Shown here: in pieces, positions 31,501-41,025 of the stretch | Layout: each line of letters begins with the position of its first letter | Position numbering within the stretch: position 1 is the stretch's first letter | NCBI GenBank assembly: GCA_963845755.1 | Contig: CAWJTV010000011.1 | Location: 704,001 to 768,000 of the forward strand | DNA from: an uncultured Planctomycetota bacterium | GTDB taxonomy: Bacteria > Planctomycetota > Planctomycetia > Isosphaerales > Isosphaeraceae | Reading direction: 5' to 3' | DNA length: 64,000 nt | Notes under the pieces: generated by a model | Told to the model about the DNA's origin: nothing | Databases searched by the model: none | The model's input: only the letters and a program-made list of their open reading frames with translations | Program-made: the position numbers and the translations under genes

Positions 31501-33305
31501 TTGGCGCACAGGATCGCCTGGCGGAGCGACCCGGTGCCGCTGTCGTCCGTGTTGGTGACGATCAAGATGTGACCCATGATCAGGTCGAGCGAGAACTCGG
31601 AGGTGTTCCCCGAGGGATCGGTCGCCGTGGCATCGAGGAACGTCCCATCGGGGATGTCCGACGGCACGTCGATGCTGAAGGTGACATGGCCGTTGGCGTC
31701 GGCTGGCGGTGTTGTCATCGTGCCGAGGAGGGTCTGACCGGGCCCCGAGCCGTCGAAGCAGCAGGTATCGTTCGAGTACAACTGCACGGTGAAGGCGGCA
31801 TTCGGAGTACTGTCGATCGTCCCCACGACCGTCGTGCTGCCGCCGGATCGCGAGGCCGAGGTCAGCACCGGCGCGGCCTGGGAATTGTTGCCTCCCGCGA
31901 CGTTGCTCTCCACGAGGTGGGTGGGGTCCGCCAGCAGGATAGCGTTCCCGTAGTTGCCGACGAAGATGGTATTGCTGAGGATCGTGTTGTTGGTGCTCTC
32001 CAAGTCGACGAAGACCCCGTTCGCATTGTTTGCGATGATGTTCCCCGCACCGGCCACCGTGCCGCCGATCGTGTTGTTGTCGGAGCCGCCGGAATGCAGG
32101 TCGCCGCCGATCTCGATGCCGGATCCCGCGTTGCCCCCGAAGTTGAGCGTGCCGGTGAGGTCGGTGCCGATCGCATTACCCTGGATCAGCACGCCGGTCG
32201 ATAACTCGAGGTCAATTCCGGGCGAGGCGCCCCCGATAATATTGGCCGCCGCGGGAGATGTCCCACCAATGGTGAGGTTGGTCCACCCGCCGACGTAGAT
32301 CCCCTCGCTGTTGTAGAACGTGGCGGTGTTGGTAAGGGCGGTTCCGGCGGCGTTGACCCCGATCCGGTTCCCCTGCACCAGGCCATCGTGATAGGTATGG
32401 CCGGTGCCACCGCCGTTCTCGAAGGCCAGCGCGTAGGCGTTATAGTTCGCGATCACGTTGCCCGCACCGGCCGTGCTGCCCCCCACGGTGTTCGACGATC
32501 CGCTGATGACGACGCGGTTGGCGCCCCCCAGAACCGTGCTGCCGTCGGCTCCGATGCCGACGTAATTGCCCTGGATCACGCCACGATCCCCACGGCTCTC
32601 GACCTCGGCGTTGCCAAGGTTGCCCGAAATCACGTTCCGCTGCGCGGGGGCCAGGCCGCCGATCGTGACATCGTCCACCTCGGACCGGATGCCCTGAGCA
32701 TTGCCCTGCGCGATCATGCCGGTGGGATCGGTGCCCAGGAAATCGCCCTCGATGTGGTCGCCGCCGGTGCCCGTCAGCCAGATGCCGTAGGCGCTGAACT
32801 GGTCGATGACCAGCCCGCGTACCGTGCTGTTCCCGGCACTGATACTCAGGCCATTGGCGCCGCCGGCGGCCGAGCCGTTGAGCTCGATCAAGGGCAGGGC
32901 GTTGACCCCCTGGTTGAGCGCGTTGGTATTCGGGTGCGAGCCGGGCTGCGTGAAGCCGTCGATGAAGATCGCATCGGCGATCGCCGGCAGGGGCGACGTC
33001 AGGTTGATCGTATGCACGCCCGGGCCGGGGATGTCGAAGTCAATCGTATCGAGCCCGGCCGTGCCGGCCGGCGCGTCTCCCGAGGCCGCGTTGGTATTGG
33101 CCGCGGTGATCGCCTCTCGGAGCGTCACCACCCCATCGTCGGCGATCGTATCTCCCGTGCCGGTCACGGTGATGGTCGCCAGCAGCCGGCGATCCTCCAT
33201 CACTTCGACCTGAAGATGACACCGATCGTGGCGAATCCGAGAACGGCGGCGCCGCCGTTGAGTCGAGAGGATCTCGAACGTGGATCGACTCTCAAGCCGG
33301 TACAT
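28593..33305 (-). CDS. large secreted surface protein (1570 aa) with beta-helix-like repeats and three DUF11-type Ig-like repeats
   Basis: VEVMEDRRLLA leader, TLREAI/SLRQAI motifs, GD[FY][LI]GTD and NVISGN repeats, DL.......P.......LTYTITVTN x3. Confidence 0.85.
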   Translation of the reverse strand: MYRLESRSTFEILSTQRRRRRSRIRHDRCHLQVEVMEDRRLLATITVTGTGDTIADDGVVTLREAITAANTNAASGDAPAGTAGLDTIDFDIPGPGVHTINLTSPLPAIADAIFIDGFTQPGSHPNTNALNQGVNALPLIELNGSAAGGANGLSISAGNSTVRGLVIDQFSAYGIWLTGTGGDHIEGDFLGTDPTGMIAQGNAQGIRSEVDDVTIGGLAPAQRNVISGNLGNAEVESRGDRGVIQGNYVGIGADGSTVLGGANRVVISGSSNTVGGSTAGAGNVIANYNAYALAFENGGGTGHTYHDGLVQGNRIGVNAAGTALTNTATFYNSEGIYVGGWTNLTIGGTSPAAANIIGGASPGIDLELSTGVLIQGNAIGTDLTGTLNFGGNAGSGIEIGGDLHSGGSDNNTIGGTVAGAGNIIANNANGVFVDLESTNNTILSNTIFVGNYGNAILLADPTHLVESNVAGGNNSQAAPVLTSASRSGGSTTVVGTIDSTPNAAFTVQLYSNDTCCFDGSGPGQTLLGTMTTPPADANGHVTFSIDVPSDIPDGTFLDATATDPSGNTSEFSLDLIMGHILIVTNTDDSGTGSLRQAILCANTVPGTDTIAFNIPGSGVQTIDLASALPTITDPVIIDGYTQPGASPNTQTNGDNAVRLIELDGVGYGLQITAGNSVVRGLVINRSVYSGVGIRLSGNGGNLIEGDFIGTDASGSTAQPNFGDDGVLINQSSNNTIGGTTPAARNIISGNGGDGIEISGTAANTSSNLVQGNLIGTTASGAALGNGVNGIGINGSGNTVGGSAAGAGNVIAYSQFAGIGVSSSQGTSILSNTITNNQRDGVLVGSGGQGTSILSNSLFDNSYLGISLGNGISPTPNDPGDSDTGPNGLQNDPVITSATIVGDSTTIVGTLNSTPNSTFHIEFFGNGTADSSARGVGQTLLGSIDVPTDPSGNGSFTVPFTGTPNFVAATATDPSGNTSEYSATVATTTEQAPSADLTIAVTAAPDPLTLGDGHLTYGLTVTNHGPNPAQDVTVTDTLPAGVTFVSATGGVTPVNGTLTFALGTLADGAQTTVTIVVTPTATGTFTDSASVSGSVTDPDTSNNSDSRAATVQAPTAPPTPSADLSVAVSAAPDPLTLGGNLTETVTVTNHGPDAAQDVTVADTLPAGVTFVSAPGGVTPANGTLTFALGTLANGAQTTLTIVVTPTSAGTLTDSASISGSVADPDTSNNSTSRETTIQAPPPTKVPDLSVSIAEAPETVKVGQELTYTITVTNSDAAAATQVTLTDTLPPGVDFVRATGNVAPVDGVLTFNLGQVSEDAHTVLTVVVTPRTAGSITTTAQVGAAETESNTVKNTATRTDAVAASSSTSTSTTSSSPNSSGSPSVVDGPTVVRVRRFGFHAQPTWFVINFSGALDSARAANRANYVIRDPRAGRRADPPIAIESVIYDPSTEVVMVHTKSRLNLHRPYRLVILGSGPHGLTDRSGKLIDGDQDGRPGGDYVGRIAGKMLAGRADVNGPIFGSRTPKVKSNRAVHSGSGDPVQGTRQATPGRVSPAARAVDALLERGPLDRVR

Positions 33306-33618
33306 GGAGAGAGACTCCGCGAAGTGACCTTTGGTTCCATCCCAGTGATTACGTCCCTGTTATGCTGATCCGCAATGACCAGCAGGACGCGCAAATCGCA
33401 CCGATTTTTTTCAAAATCAATCTTCGATTAATATGACATTATTGACGATCTGAGATGATCCGATGCCCCGTGTCGTGAGGCCGCCGGCAAACGGACGCGT
33501 CTCGATACGCGATCCGGACGGATGCGCAGGCACGCCCCGCGACCGCACGACGCGAGTCGATCAGACCGCGGTAAGTCCAGGGCGCCTCGAGGCTCGATTC
33601 GTAAGAGACCCTAGAATA

Positions 33619-33704
33619 ACCACGAAATACACGAAAGAAGAAAGAGGATCAGAATATGATTTTCCAATTCGTCTCGCTTCCGTATTTTTCATGTATTTCG
33701 TGGT
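33619..33704. repeat. 18-bp inverted repeat (ACCACGAAATACACGAAA type)
   Basis: accacgaaatacacgaaa ... tttcatgtatttcgtggt, one mismatch. Confidence 0.8.
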
Positions 33705-33824
33705 CGAACTCTTTGAGGGAAAGAAGTCAAGAGAAGTAAAGTATCGAGATGTGTTAGTATGTTTAATAATGATATAATTGGAGAATAAGCCATAACCAAA
33801 ATTGAGGACAAGCGTTGCGAGCAC

Positions 33825-33958
33825 CTTGTTCCCATGCTCCGCGTAGGAACACCGCGTGCCAGACGCTCTGCGTCCCGAGGATTTCCCAGGTGGCGCACGG
33901 GACCCTGTCAACGCGGAGCGTCAGAGACGGCATTCCGACGCGGAGCGTGGGAACGAGG
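33825..33958. repeat. REP-like doublet (ctcgttcccacgctccgcgtgggaa family)
   Basis: cttgttcccatgctccgcgtaggaac ... ggcattccgacgcggagcgtgggaacgag. Confidence 0.8.
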
Positions 33959-34097
33959 AAGTCCCTCACCAGCCTCAACTTAACTTAATTCAACGTATTG
34001 GATTTAAGGGGAGGAAAGGGGATATTCGCATGATCCCGGGGTCTGCTCGACTCGATCGTCAAGCGCTCTGGCCACAGGCCGAGTACCCCGGACGCGG

Positions 34098-36924
34098 TCA
34101 CCGGCTCCTGGTCTTGCCGACGGGATCGGTCCCCTGCGCTTCGGATCTCGGGTCGAGCCGACGGACGAGGATCGCCCAGTCCCGGTCGGCGTGCGACGGT
34201 GGCGGCCCGAGCGCCCGGGTCCCCGCTCCTTCGAGTTCCTCGACCGTACCCTTTTGCAACCCGCCGCCGGCGCGGGGGTCAAACCACCTCACCGAATAGC
34301 GGCCGGGCTCCAACGTCAGGGAGCAGGTCCCGCCGTTGCCGAGGTAGACCGCATACACCGCGCCTGGCCTGGCCAGGCAGAGGGCCTCGGGAGTCGAGAC
34401 CAGTTCGGGACACGGCTTCGTTTCCCGCACGGGGACATGCTGGAAGAACTCCAAGGCCCAGCGCGTCTGGTCCCACATCCGGTCGCGCGACCGGAAGTCC
34501 TCGAGATTAATATCATTGTGAGGGTATCGCAGCCCGAAGAGCCACTCGGCGCCGGAGCCGCCCAGCATCAAGGGCGTCCACAGGGCATGGCGACGGACCC
34601 CGTCGTGATCGGGATCGTCGGTGTCGGGCTTGACGCCGGTACTCGCCGGGCCGATCTCGTCGAGGAACACCGCCCAGGGTCGGCCCGACGCCGCCGAACG
34701 ATTCAGCCAGGTTGAAGTGCTCTTTCCACAGTTTTCCATCTTGCCCACCTGGAGGGAGGCGCCCGAGAAAAGCCGGTCGCCCAGCAGGGGATTGTAAACC
34801 TTGTCGTGCTGGCTGGGGAACGTGTGCACGACGATCGGGTGGTCGTACGGGTCGAGCCGATGAACGTAGCGGGCGAAGCTCTTGAGTTGATCCGTCGTGT
34901 TGGTGTTCTCCTCGCCGAGGTTCCAGACCAGCGCGGGGTGGTGCGCGAACCGGGCAATCAGCTCGCGGTAATAAAGCTTCCTCTCAGGGCCAAGTGAGCC
35001 GCCGTCGAGAAGCTGATCGTTCTCCTGCTCCTGGTGGACGACGTGCAGCATGATGCCCCGTCGGTCCATGTGAGCGAACACGGTCTCCCACTGGTCGAGC
35101 TTGCTGACGTCGAAGCGAAACCGCTCGTTCGACCCGGTCCAGGGCCAGACGTCCTTGCCGTCGCCCTTGACGTTCATCGTGAGGAAGTAAATGCTATTGA
35201 TCCCTTTATCCGCCAGATAATTCAGTGCGCCAATCAGGTTCTTGCCGCGACCGCCGCGCCAGGTGGGGTCGCCCGGGTGCCAGTCGCGGGCGTGGGGTTC
35301 GAACCGGTGGGTCGGCCGGGTGCCGTCGAAGTCGACGAAGGCCAGGAGGTTCTCGGGGCTATCCGCTCCGCCCTTGAGAAAGGCGGAGTTCGTCCCGGCG
35401 AAGACGAAGTAGCGCTCGCCGACGTCGCGGAGCAAGCCTGTCGCGCGGGCGTCGGGGACCTGTTTATCGGATCGGTCGACGTGAAATGTGCCGTCGGCGA
35501 TACCCGACGCGTTCGCCAGGGACATCGTCGCGGATGGCGACGTCCGTGCCGCGGACCAGCTCGGCGTGGAAGGTCCAGTCGCCTTCGGAGTCGGGGAGGA
35601 ATCGGGCCTGCCAACGGTCGCCCCGCTCGGCGCCGGTCTCGCCGGCAGAGCCGTCCGCGGCGAAGAAGCCCGGAACGACGAAGGTCCGCCCCGCGCGGGT
35701 GAAGACGACCGTCAGACGGTAATCGCGGAACGGGTTCGGGTCGGCCGTCTCCGACGACTTCGGTCCCTGAAACGTGAACGAGACCGGGTGCCATACCTTG
35801 CGCTCTCCGTCGACCTGGACGGGCATTGCTGGCGTGACCGCCGTCCTGGCACCATCGGCTTCGAGCAGCCGCGTGATGAGCTGGTTGGTGGTCGCGGTAG
35901 GGTCACCGGGCCGGTTCTCACCCCAGTTCGCATCCGCGGCGACGACAACGAGCCCGCGGCTGGGAATCATCAGCGCACAATTTCCGCCGAATCCGAGGCT
36001 CATGAACGTATCGGCGGGTGCGGCGGGCCAGGTCATCCGGTCGCGTTGCGTGGGAACCGGGGCGTTGAACCACCAGTTGAACCCGTAGATCCCCGGCCCC
36101 GACCTGCTGAAGTGGCTCGAGCCGCCGCCGTAGCTGCCGATCTTGAGGTAGTCGTCCGTCTTGGCCTCGCGGCTGACGGGCAAGTCCCGTGGCACATGGG
36201 GGCGCTGGTAGTCGTCGAAGTACGACCGCGGAAGGATTGGCTTCCCATTCCATTGCCCCTTGTTCAGCCAGAACCAGGCGATCCGGGCGAAGTCTCGCAC
36301 CGAGGCTTTGAGCCGACGCCGCCGATCGAACGACAGCCCGTCTTCGAAGCCGAGCGCCGCGAACCGCTCGGCCGCGACCGCGTCGGGATTGTCCTGGAAG
36401 ACCCGGTCGAAAAGCGTCTTCTGGTAGAGCATGATGGCGAAGTCGTTGTAGGCCCACGCTTGGCCCGGCGGCTCCGGGCGGGCGTAGCCGCTGACCATGT
36501 TCGCCAGATGGGCGAACGTCATCGGCGCGTCCTTCTCCGAAAGCTTCCAGCCGGCGTCGATGACCTTCGCGTCCACGCCCGCGACCTTGCCTTCCTGGAT
36601 CGCGAAGAACAGCAGTGTGGAGAAGACTGGCTTGGCCGAGGAGTACCAATCTTTCTTCTCCGACTGAGACCCCCAGGTCTTGATGACGCAGCCGTCCTTG
36701 ACGACGCAGCCCCGGCCGCTGAATGCCCGGGCAAGCGCATCGAGCCGAGCCGCGTCCATACCGAGTGCTCCCGGCTCCTTGACCTCCCAGTTCTTGCCGG
36801 GAAACGTGCGCTCTCCGGCGGAGGATTCAGGAGCCAGGACAGCCGCCACGGTCCCGACGATGACCACAATCCACGCCCGTTTCCGGACCGAAAGGCTTCG
36901 CAAGATCCTCGTGAGGGCGACCAT
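34098..36924 (-). CDS. secreted serine hydrolase (beta-lactamase fold) fused to a DUF5060 / putative glycoside hydrolase / collagen-binding-like module; frameshift near 35503
   Basis: SSAK (SxxK), PPGQAWAYN, NPFRDYRL, GFFAADG, WNLGEEN, DPYDHP and WFDPRAGG. Confidence 0.75.
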
Positions 36925-36995
36925 CGTGTCGTTCCTTTCCGCTGAGCAGGTTGTTCATGCTCGGGACCGAGTTCCAAAGATCCCGCGGTGCCCAA

Positions 36996-38214
36996 TCACT
37001 TTTCGATGCTCGGCTGCCAGTGCGGCCACATGGCCGCATGACCCTGCGACAGATCTGTGAGCTGGCGCTCGGAGCGGTCGGCGAGCCGCATGACGTAGAG
37101 TTGCCGGACGCCACTCCGTTTCGATCCGTAAGCCAGCCAACGGCCGTCGGGCGACGGCGTCGGGTGATAGTGCAGCGAACCGCCGGGTGTTTGCGTCAGG
37201 CGTTCGCTCCGGCCATCGAGCGCGATGCGGTACAGCTCCACGTTGTCGCCCACCTTGGCCGTGTAGAACACCGAGGTACCGTCCATGGACCACGCCGGGA
37301 TGTCGCTGCTGCCGCCGTGGAAGTCGGGGACGTCGAGGAACGCGATCATGCCGCGGTAACCGCCCCGGTCGGCGAGCTTGCGGAGGCTTTTTCCATCGGC
37401 ATCGGCCACGTACGGGTGGCAGTTGTAGTGCTCTCCGGCGACGAAGAGCAGGTGCTTGCCGTCGGCCGACCACTGCGGTGCGAAGTTGAAGGGATGGCCC
37501 GTGTCGATCTGTCGGGCGTTCAAACCGTCGGCATCGGCCACGTACACCTGGTAGCTCTTGTGATAGGCGATCCGCCGGCCGTCCTTCGCGGCGCTGAAGC
37601 CGTAGGCGAACTCGTTCGAGTCCTTGGTCAGGTCGTGCTTGTTCCGGCCGTCGCGATCCATCCGGAACGGGTGCGAGTTGCCATCGATGAGCGCCTGGAA
37701 GCCCAGCTTCGCCGGATCGCCTGGCCAGAAGAAGAGGCCGGAGTTATGAAAGCTGACGCGGTCGATCGCCGTGAGGTTCGTCGCCGACCCGGTCGCCAGG
37801 TCGACGAGGTTCATGTCATAGAGCCAGCCCTCGGCATTGTAGCGGAACTGTTGATGCTCCTCCTCCCAGCGCGCATTCTCGGGGCTCTCCCAGCCGCGGC
37901 CGACGATCGCCAGGCGACCGTCCGGCGACCAGCCCGCGAACTGCGTCCAGGAGTCCGGCTCATGGCTCAGCCCCTCGGCGACGAGGCGACGGCCGGCCCC
38001 ATCCTGCGCGGACGGTCACCGCGCGCATCGTGGCCACGTTCGCATGCCGGCCGCCGGAGAGATCGGTGCGCAACTCGGTGTAGCCGATGAGGACGTCCTC
38101 GGCCGATGCCTCGATCGTCGCGACGAGCAATAGCAGCGCCGTTGCGATCGACGGGCGGAGGATCGGGCGACGTTGCGAGGGGCCGGGTAAGTGGCCATGA
38201 TCAATGAAAGTCAT
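36996..38214 (-). CDS. TolB-like / PD40 beta-propeller protein; frameshift near 38000
   Basis: WSPDG, WSADG, WSMDG and PSPDG repeats with a C-terminal PHWQP; signal-peptide-like N-terminus. Confidence 0.8.
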
Positions 38215-38232
38215 AAACCTTCGTCCTTCCTT

Positions 38233-38727
38233 TCACATCGCGGACGGGTGGACGCCCTGGTTCGCGCGGACCTGGGCGATCAAGGTCTCCACGAACGAAT
38301 CGAACTCGTGCCGTTGCGGGCCGGAGCGCGCCACGTCGAGAAGGATGTTCCCCTGGTGGGAGACGAACTGGAGGAACTCGATCTTCGGGGCGGTCTTGGC
38401 GAAGATCACCAGCGAGACGAAGAAGGCGCCCCCCGCGACGGAGAACCAGACGGCGGTCCAGAGTCTCGGGTTGACCGCCGCGCCCGTGGTTTGGAGCGCG
38501 ATGATCACCAGGCCGATCGCGATCATCATCAGCCCCACGCCGAACCCGAACTCCTTGGGCCGGACGCGAAGACGGTTGGGCTCCGGCCGGAGATTCGCCA
38601 GCATGATCGTGATTTCCGACTCGACTCGGACTGTCTTCGATCGGACGATCACCCGGTCTTTGAAGAGCTCGAACTGCCTCCGGCCATTAGGACGGACTTC
38701 ATAATACCGGTCTATGGATTCGAACAT
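38233..38727 (-). CDS. hypothetical membrane protein
   Basis: Two predicted TM helices; host-like codon use. Confidence 0.6.
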   Translation of the reverse strand: MFESIDRYYEVRPNGRRQFELFKDRVIVRSKTVRVESEITIMLANLRPEPNRLRVRPKEFGFGVGLMMIAIGLVIIALQTTGAAVNPRLWTAVWFSVAGGAFFVSLVIFAKTAPKIEFLQFVSHQGNILLDVARSGPQRHEFDSFVETLIAQVRANQGVHPSAM

Positions 38728-38954
38728 GTATGATTTACCATATATTTTATTGTAAACAATCGATCTCCTTGCGGTCGATGGGCAGCAAGGCGCCATTTCA
38801 GAAGATACCGCGCCGATCGGTCCGTCGCACCATCTTTGAACCGATGCGGGTGGCCATCACCCTCGACAGGGACACCTTGACGACTCGAGGCCGCGGCCAA
38901 GAGACTACCAACTGTGCGGTTCGATCCTCGCGTGATGCCTGGAGCTCTCGATCG

Positions 38955-39411
38955 ATGTCCATCTATGTCGATGCAGACGCCTGCCCGGTCAAGGAGGAGG
39001 TCTACCGCGTCGCGCGGCGGTATACGATGAAGGTCTACATCGTCGCCAATGCGCCGATGCGGGTGCCGGCGGAGGAGTTGATCGAGCTCGTCGTGGTAAA
39101 GGGCGGGTTCGACGCGGCCGACGATTGGATCGCCGAGCGCATCGGACCGGGCGACATCGCCATCACGTCCGACATCCCGCTCGCCGACCGCTGCCTGCGC
39201 CGAGGAGCGCCGGGCGCTCGGTCCGAAGGGGTCGCCGTTCACGGAAGACGCCATCGGCGATGCCGTCGCCACCCGTGCCCTGCTCGACATGCTGCGACAG
39301 TCCGGAGAGTTCGGCGGCGGCCCCGCCCCGTTCACCAAGGCGGACCGCTCGCGATTCCTCTCCAAGCTCGACGAGACGATCCACGCGATCCGACGTGACA
39401 CGCGGAAGTGA
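38955..39411 (+). CDS. YaiI/YqxD (DUF188) family protein; frameshift near 39210
   Basis: [27 protein letters not shown], then [16 protein letters not shown] in the other frame. Confidence 0.9.
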
Positions 39412-39452
39412 AATCGCGACACTCCTCGCTCAACACCACCGCCGGTTGCCTC

Positions 39453-40467
39453 CTCGTTCCCACGCTCCGCGTGGGAATGCCATCTGGGACGCTCCGCGTC
39501 CTCTTCCCGGACGGAGACCAACGACGCGACGCGGAGCGTCGAACCCGGCATTCCCACGCGGGGAATGCTGACGAAATAACTTCCCGAGTTCCGGGGGTAC
39601 AGGGCGGCTGGTTTCCGGGAGGTTGTTTCGTCAGCGTTCCAAGGCGCACCCTGGGAGCCGAACACGGAGCGTTTCTCTTCTCTCCTTTCCCCGAAGGGGT
39701 TCCACAACAAAGCCCAGGGTCGCCGCCAGGCGCACCCTGGGTATGCTGGCCCATGGTTTTCTCCCGTACCCCAACGGGGTTCCACAACGCTCAATCCCAG
39801 ACGTAACGCTCATCGATCGCGACCCCGTACTTCTGGCAAAGGCGGCGGAACTCCTCCTGGAACGTCACCGTTCGGTGGTGATCTTCTTGATTCTTGATAG
39901 ACTCAACCAACACCTCCACATGGGATGGGCTGGCCGAAAACACGCCATATCCGGCCTGCCAATGGAACCCCCGCAACTTCGGCTCGTTCTCCTTGACCCA
40001 CTTCGAACTCTCGCGTTTGAGCTCACGAATCAACGTCGCCAGATCGATCGTACGACCCAGGCGATTCAGGATATGCACATGGTCGGCAACCCCGCCAACG
40101 ATGAGGGCGGGACTCTGGAACTTCTGGCAGGTCCCCGCCAGGTACGCATGCACCCGCTCGCGGAAGACCTTGTCCACCAGCAAGGCCTCGCGGTCCTTGG
40201 TTGAGAAGATGAGATGCAGGTAGACCCGACCCCAGGGTGCGCCTTCGGCGACCCTGGGCTTTGTTATGTAACGCCTTCGGCGTAGAGACAAGACCGTTCC
40301 CCGAATGGGATACACAGCCGAAGGCGCACCCTGGGAGCGGAACACAGAACGTTTCTCTTGTATCCGTTTCCCGAGGAACGGTGACGAAACAACCTCCCGA
40401 GTTCCGGGGTGCATGGCAGCGGGTTTCCGGGAAGTTGTTTCGTCAGCGGTCCGAGCGTGGGAACGAG
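39453..40467. mobile_element. nested structure: a REP-like doublet split by a unit bounded by two hairpin elements (39562-39640 and 40375-40452) that carries REPs and tnpA
   Basis: ggcattcccacgcgg ends at 39561 and gagcgtgggaacgag resumes at 40453; aaggcgcaccctgggagc is repeated at 39641 and 40321. Confidence 0.7.
39791..40228 (-). pseudogene. tnpA: IS200/IS605-type Y1 HUH transposase (REP-associated TnpA-like), lacking its start and with the catalytic Tyr replaced by Ser
   Basis: YLHLIFSTK, DHVH, WQAGYG and ERYVWD; ESIKNQ where YIxNQ is expected. Confidence 0.85.
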
Positions 40468-40533
40468 AGTGGGCCGCCTTCTTCCCGTGGTGGTGTTCGG
40501 CGAGGAGTGTCGAAATCGCTCGGACGTTTCCCA

Positions 40534-40611
40534 TGCTAAAAATCCAGCACCAGGGTGTTGACACCTCGGCCAATCCTGCTATTCTTTTAGCATCTTGCTA
40601 ATTTTCCAGCA
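40534..40611 (+). promoter_or_regulatory. sigma70-type promoter (TTGACA-16-TATTCT with a TG extension) flanked and overlapped by three TGCT-N8-AGCA boxes
   Basis: Boxes at 40534-40549, 40577-40592 and 40596-40611; -35 at 40558-40563 and -10 at 40580-40585. Confidence 0.8.
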
Positions 40612-40626
40612 GGGGAGGAAGCCGTG

Positions 40627-41022
40627 ATGGGACGATCGAAGGACCAGGGAATCGGCTTGAGCCGCCGGGAGCGGCAGATCATGGATGTGATCTACCGCCG
40701 AGGTCAGGCGACGGCGGCGGAGGTCCTTGAAGACCTGCCCGACCCGCCGAGCTATTCGGCGGTGCGGGCGATGCTGCGGGTACTGGAAGAGAAGGGTCAC
40801 TTGCGGCACGATCAACAAGGGCCAAGGTATCTATTCCTGCCGACAGTCCCGCGCGACAAGGCGCGCCGATCGGCGCTGAAGCAACTGGTGCAGACGTTCT
40901 TCGAAGGCTCGACCGAGCAGACGGTGGCCGCCTTGCTCGACCTGTCGGCGAGCAAGCTGTCCGACTCCGAGCTGGATCGGCTCTCCCAGCTCATCAACGA
41001 GGCCCGGAAGGAGGGGCGCTGA
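40627..41022 (+). CDS. BlaI/MecI/CopY family repressor
   Basis: LSRRERQIMD, PPSYSAVRAMLRVLEEKG and QTFFEGS. Confidence 0.93.
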   Translation: MGRSKDQGIGLSRRERQIMDVIYRRGQATAAEVLEDLPDPPSYSAVRAMLRVLEEKGHLRHDQQGPRYLFLPTVPRDKARRSALKQLVQTFFEGSTEQTVAALLDLSASKLSDSELDRLSQLINEARKEGR

Positions 41023-41025
41023 ATC

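Noticed and set aside
28065..33441. Shared atatgacatt about 120 bp upstream of two minus-strand genes
   Set aside because: Only 10 bp in two AT-rich patches, too weak to call a regulatory site.
40229..40573. N-terminal extension of tnpA
   Set aside because: It translates palindromic repeats and the BlaI promoter region, not transposase sequence.
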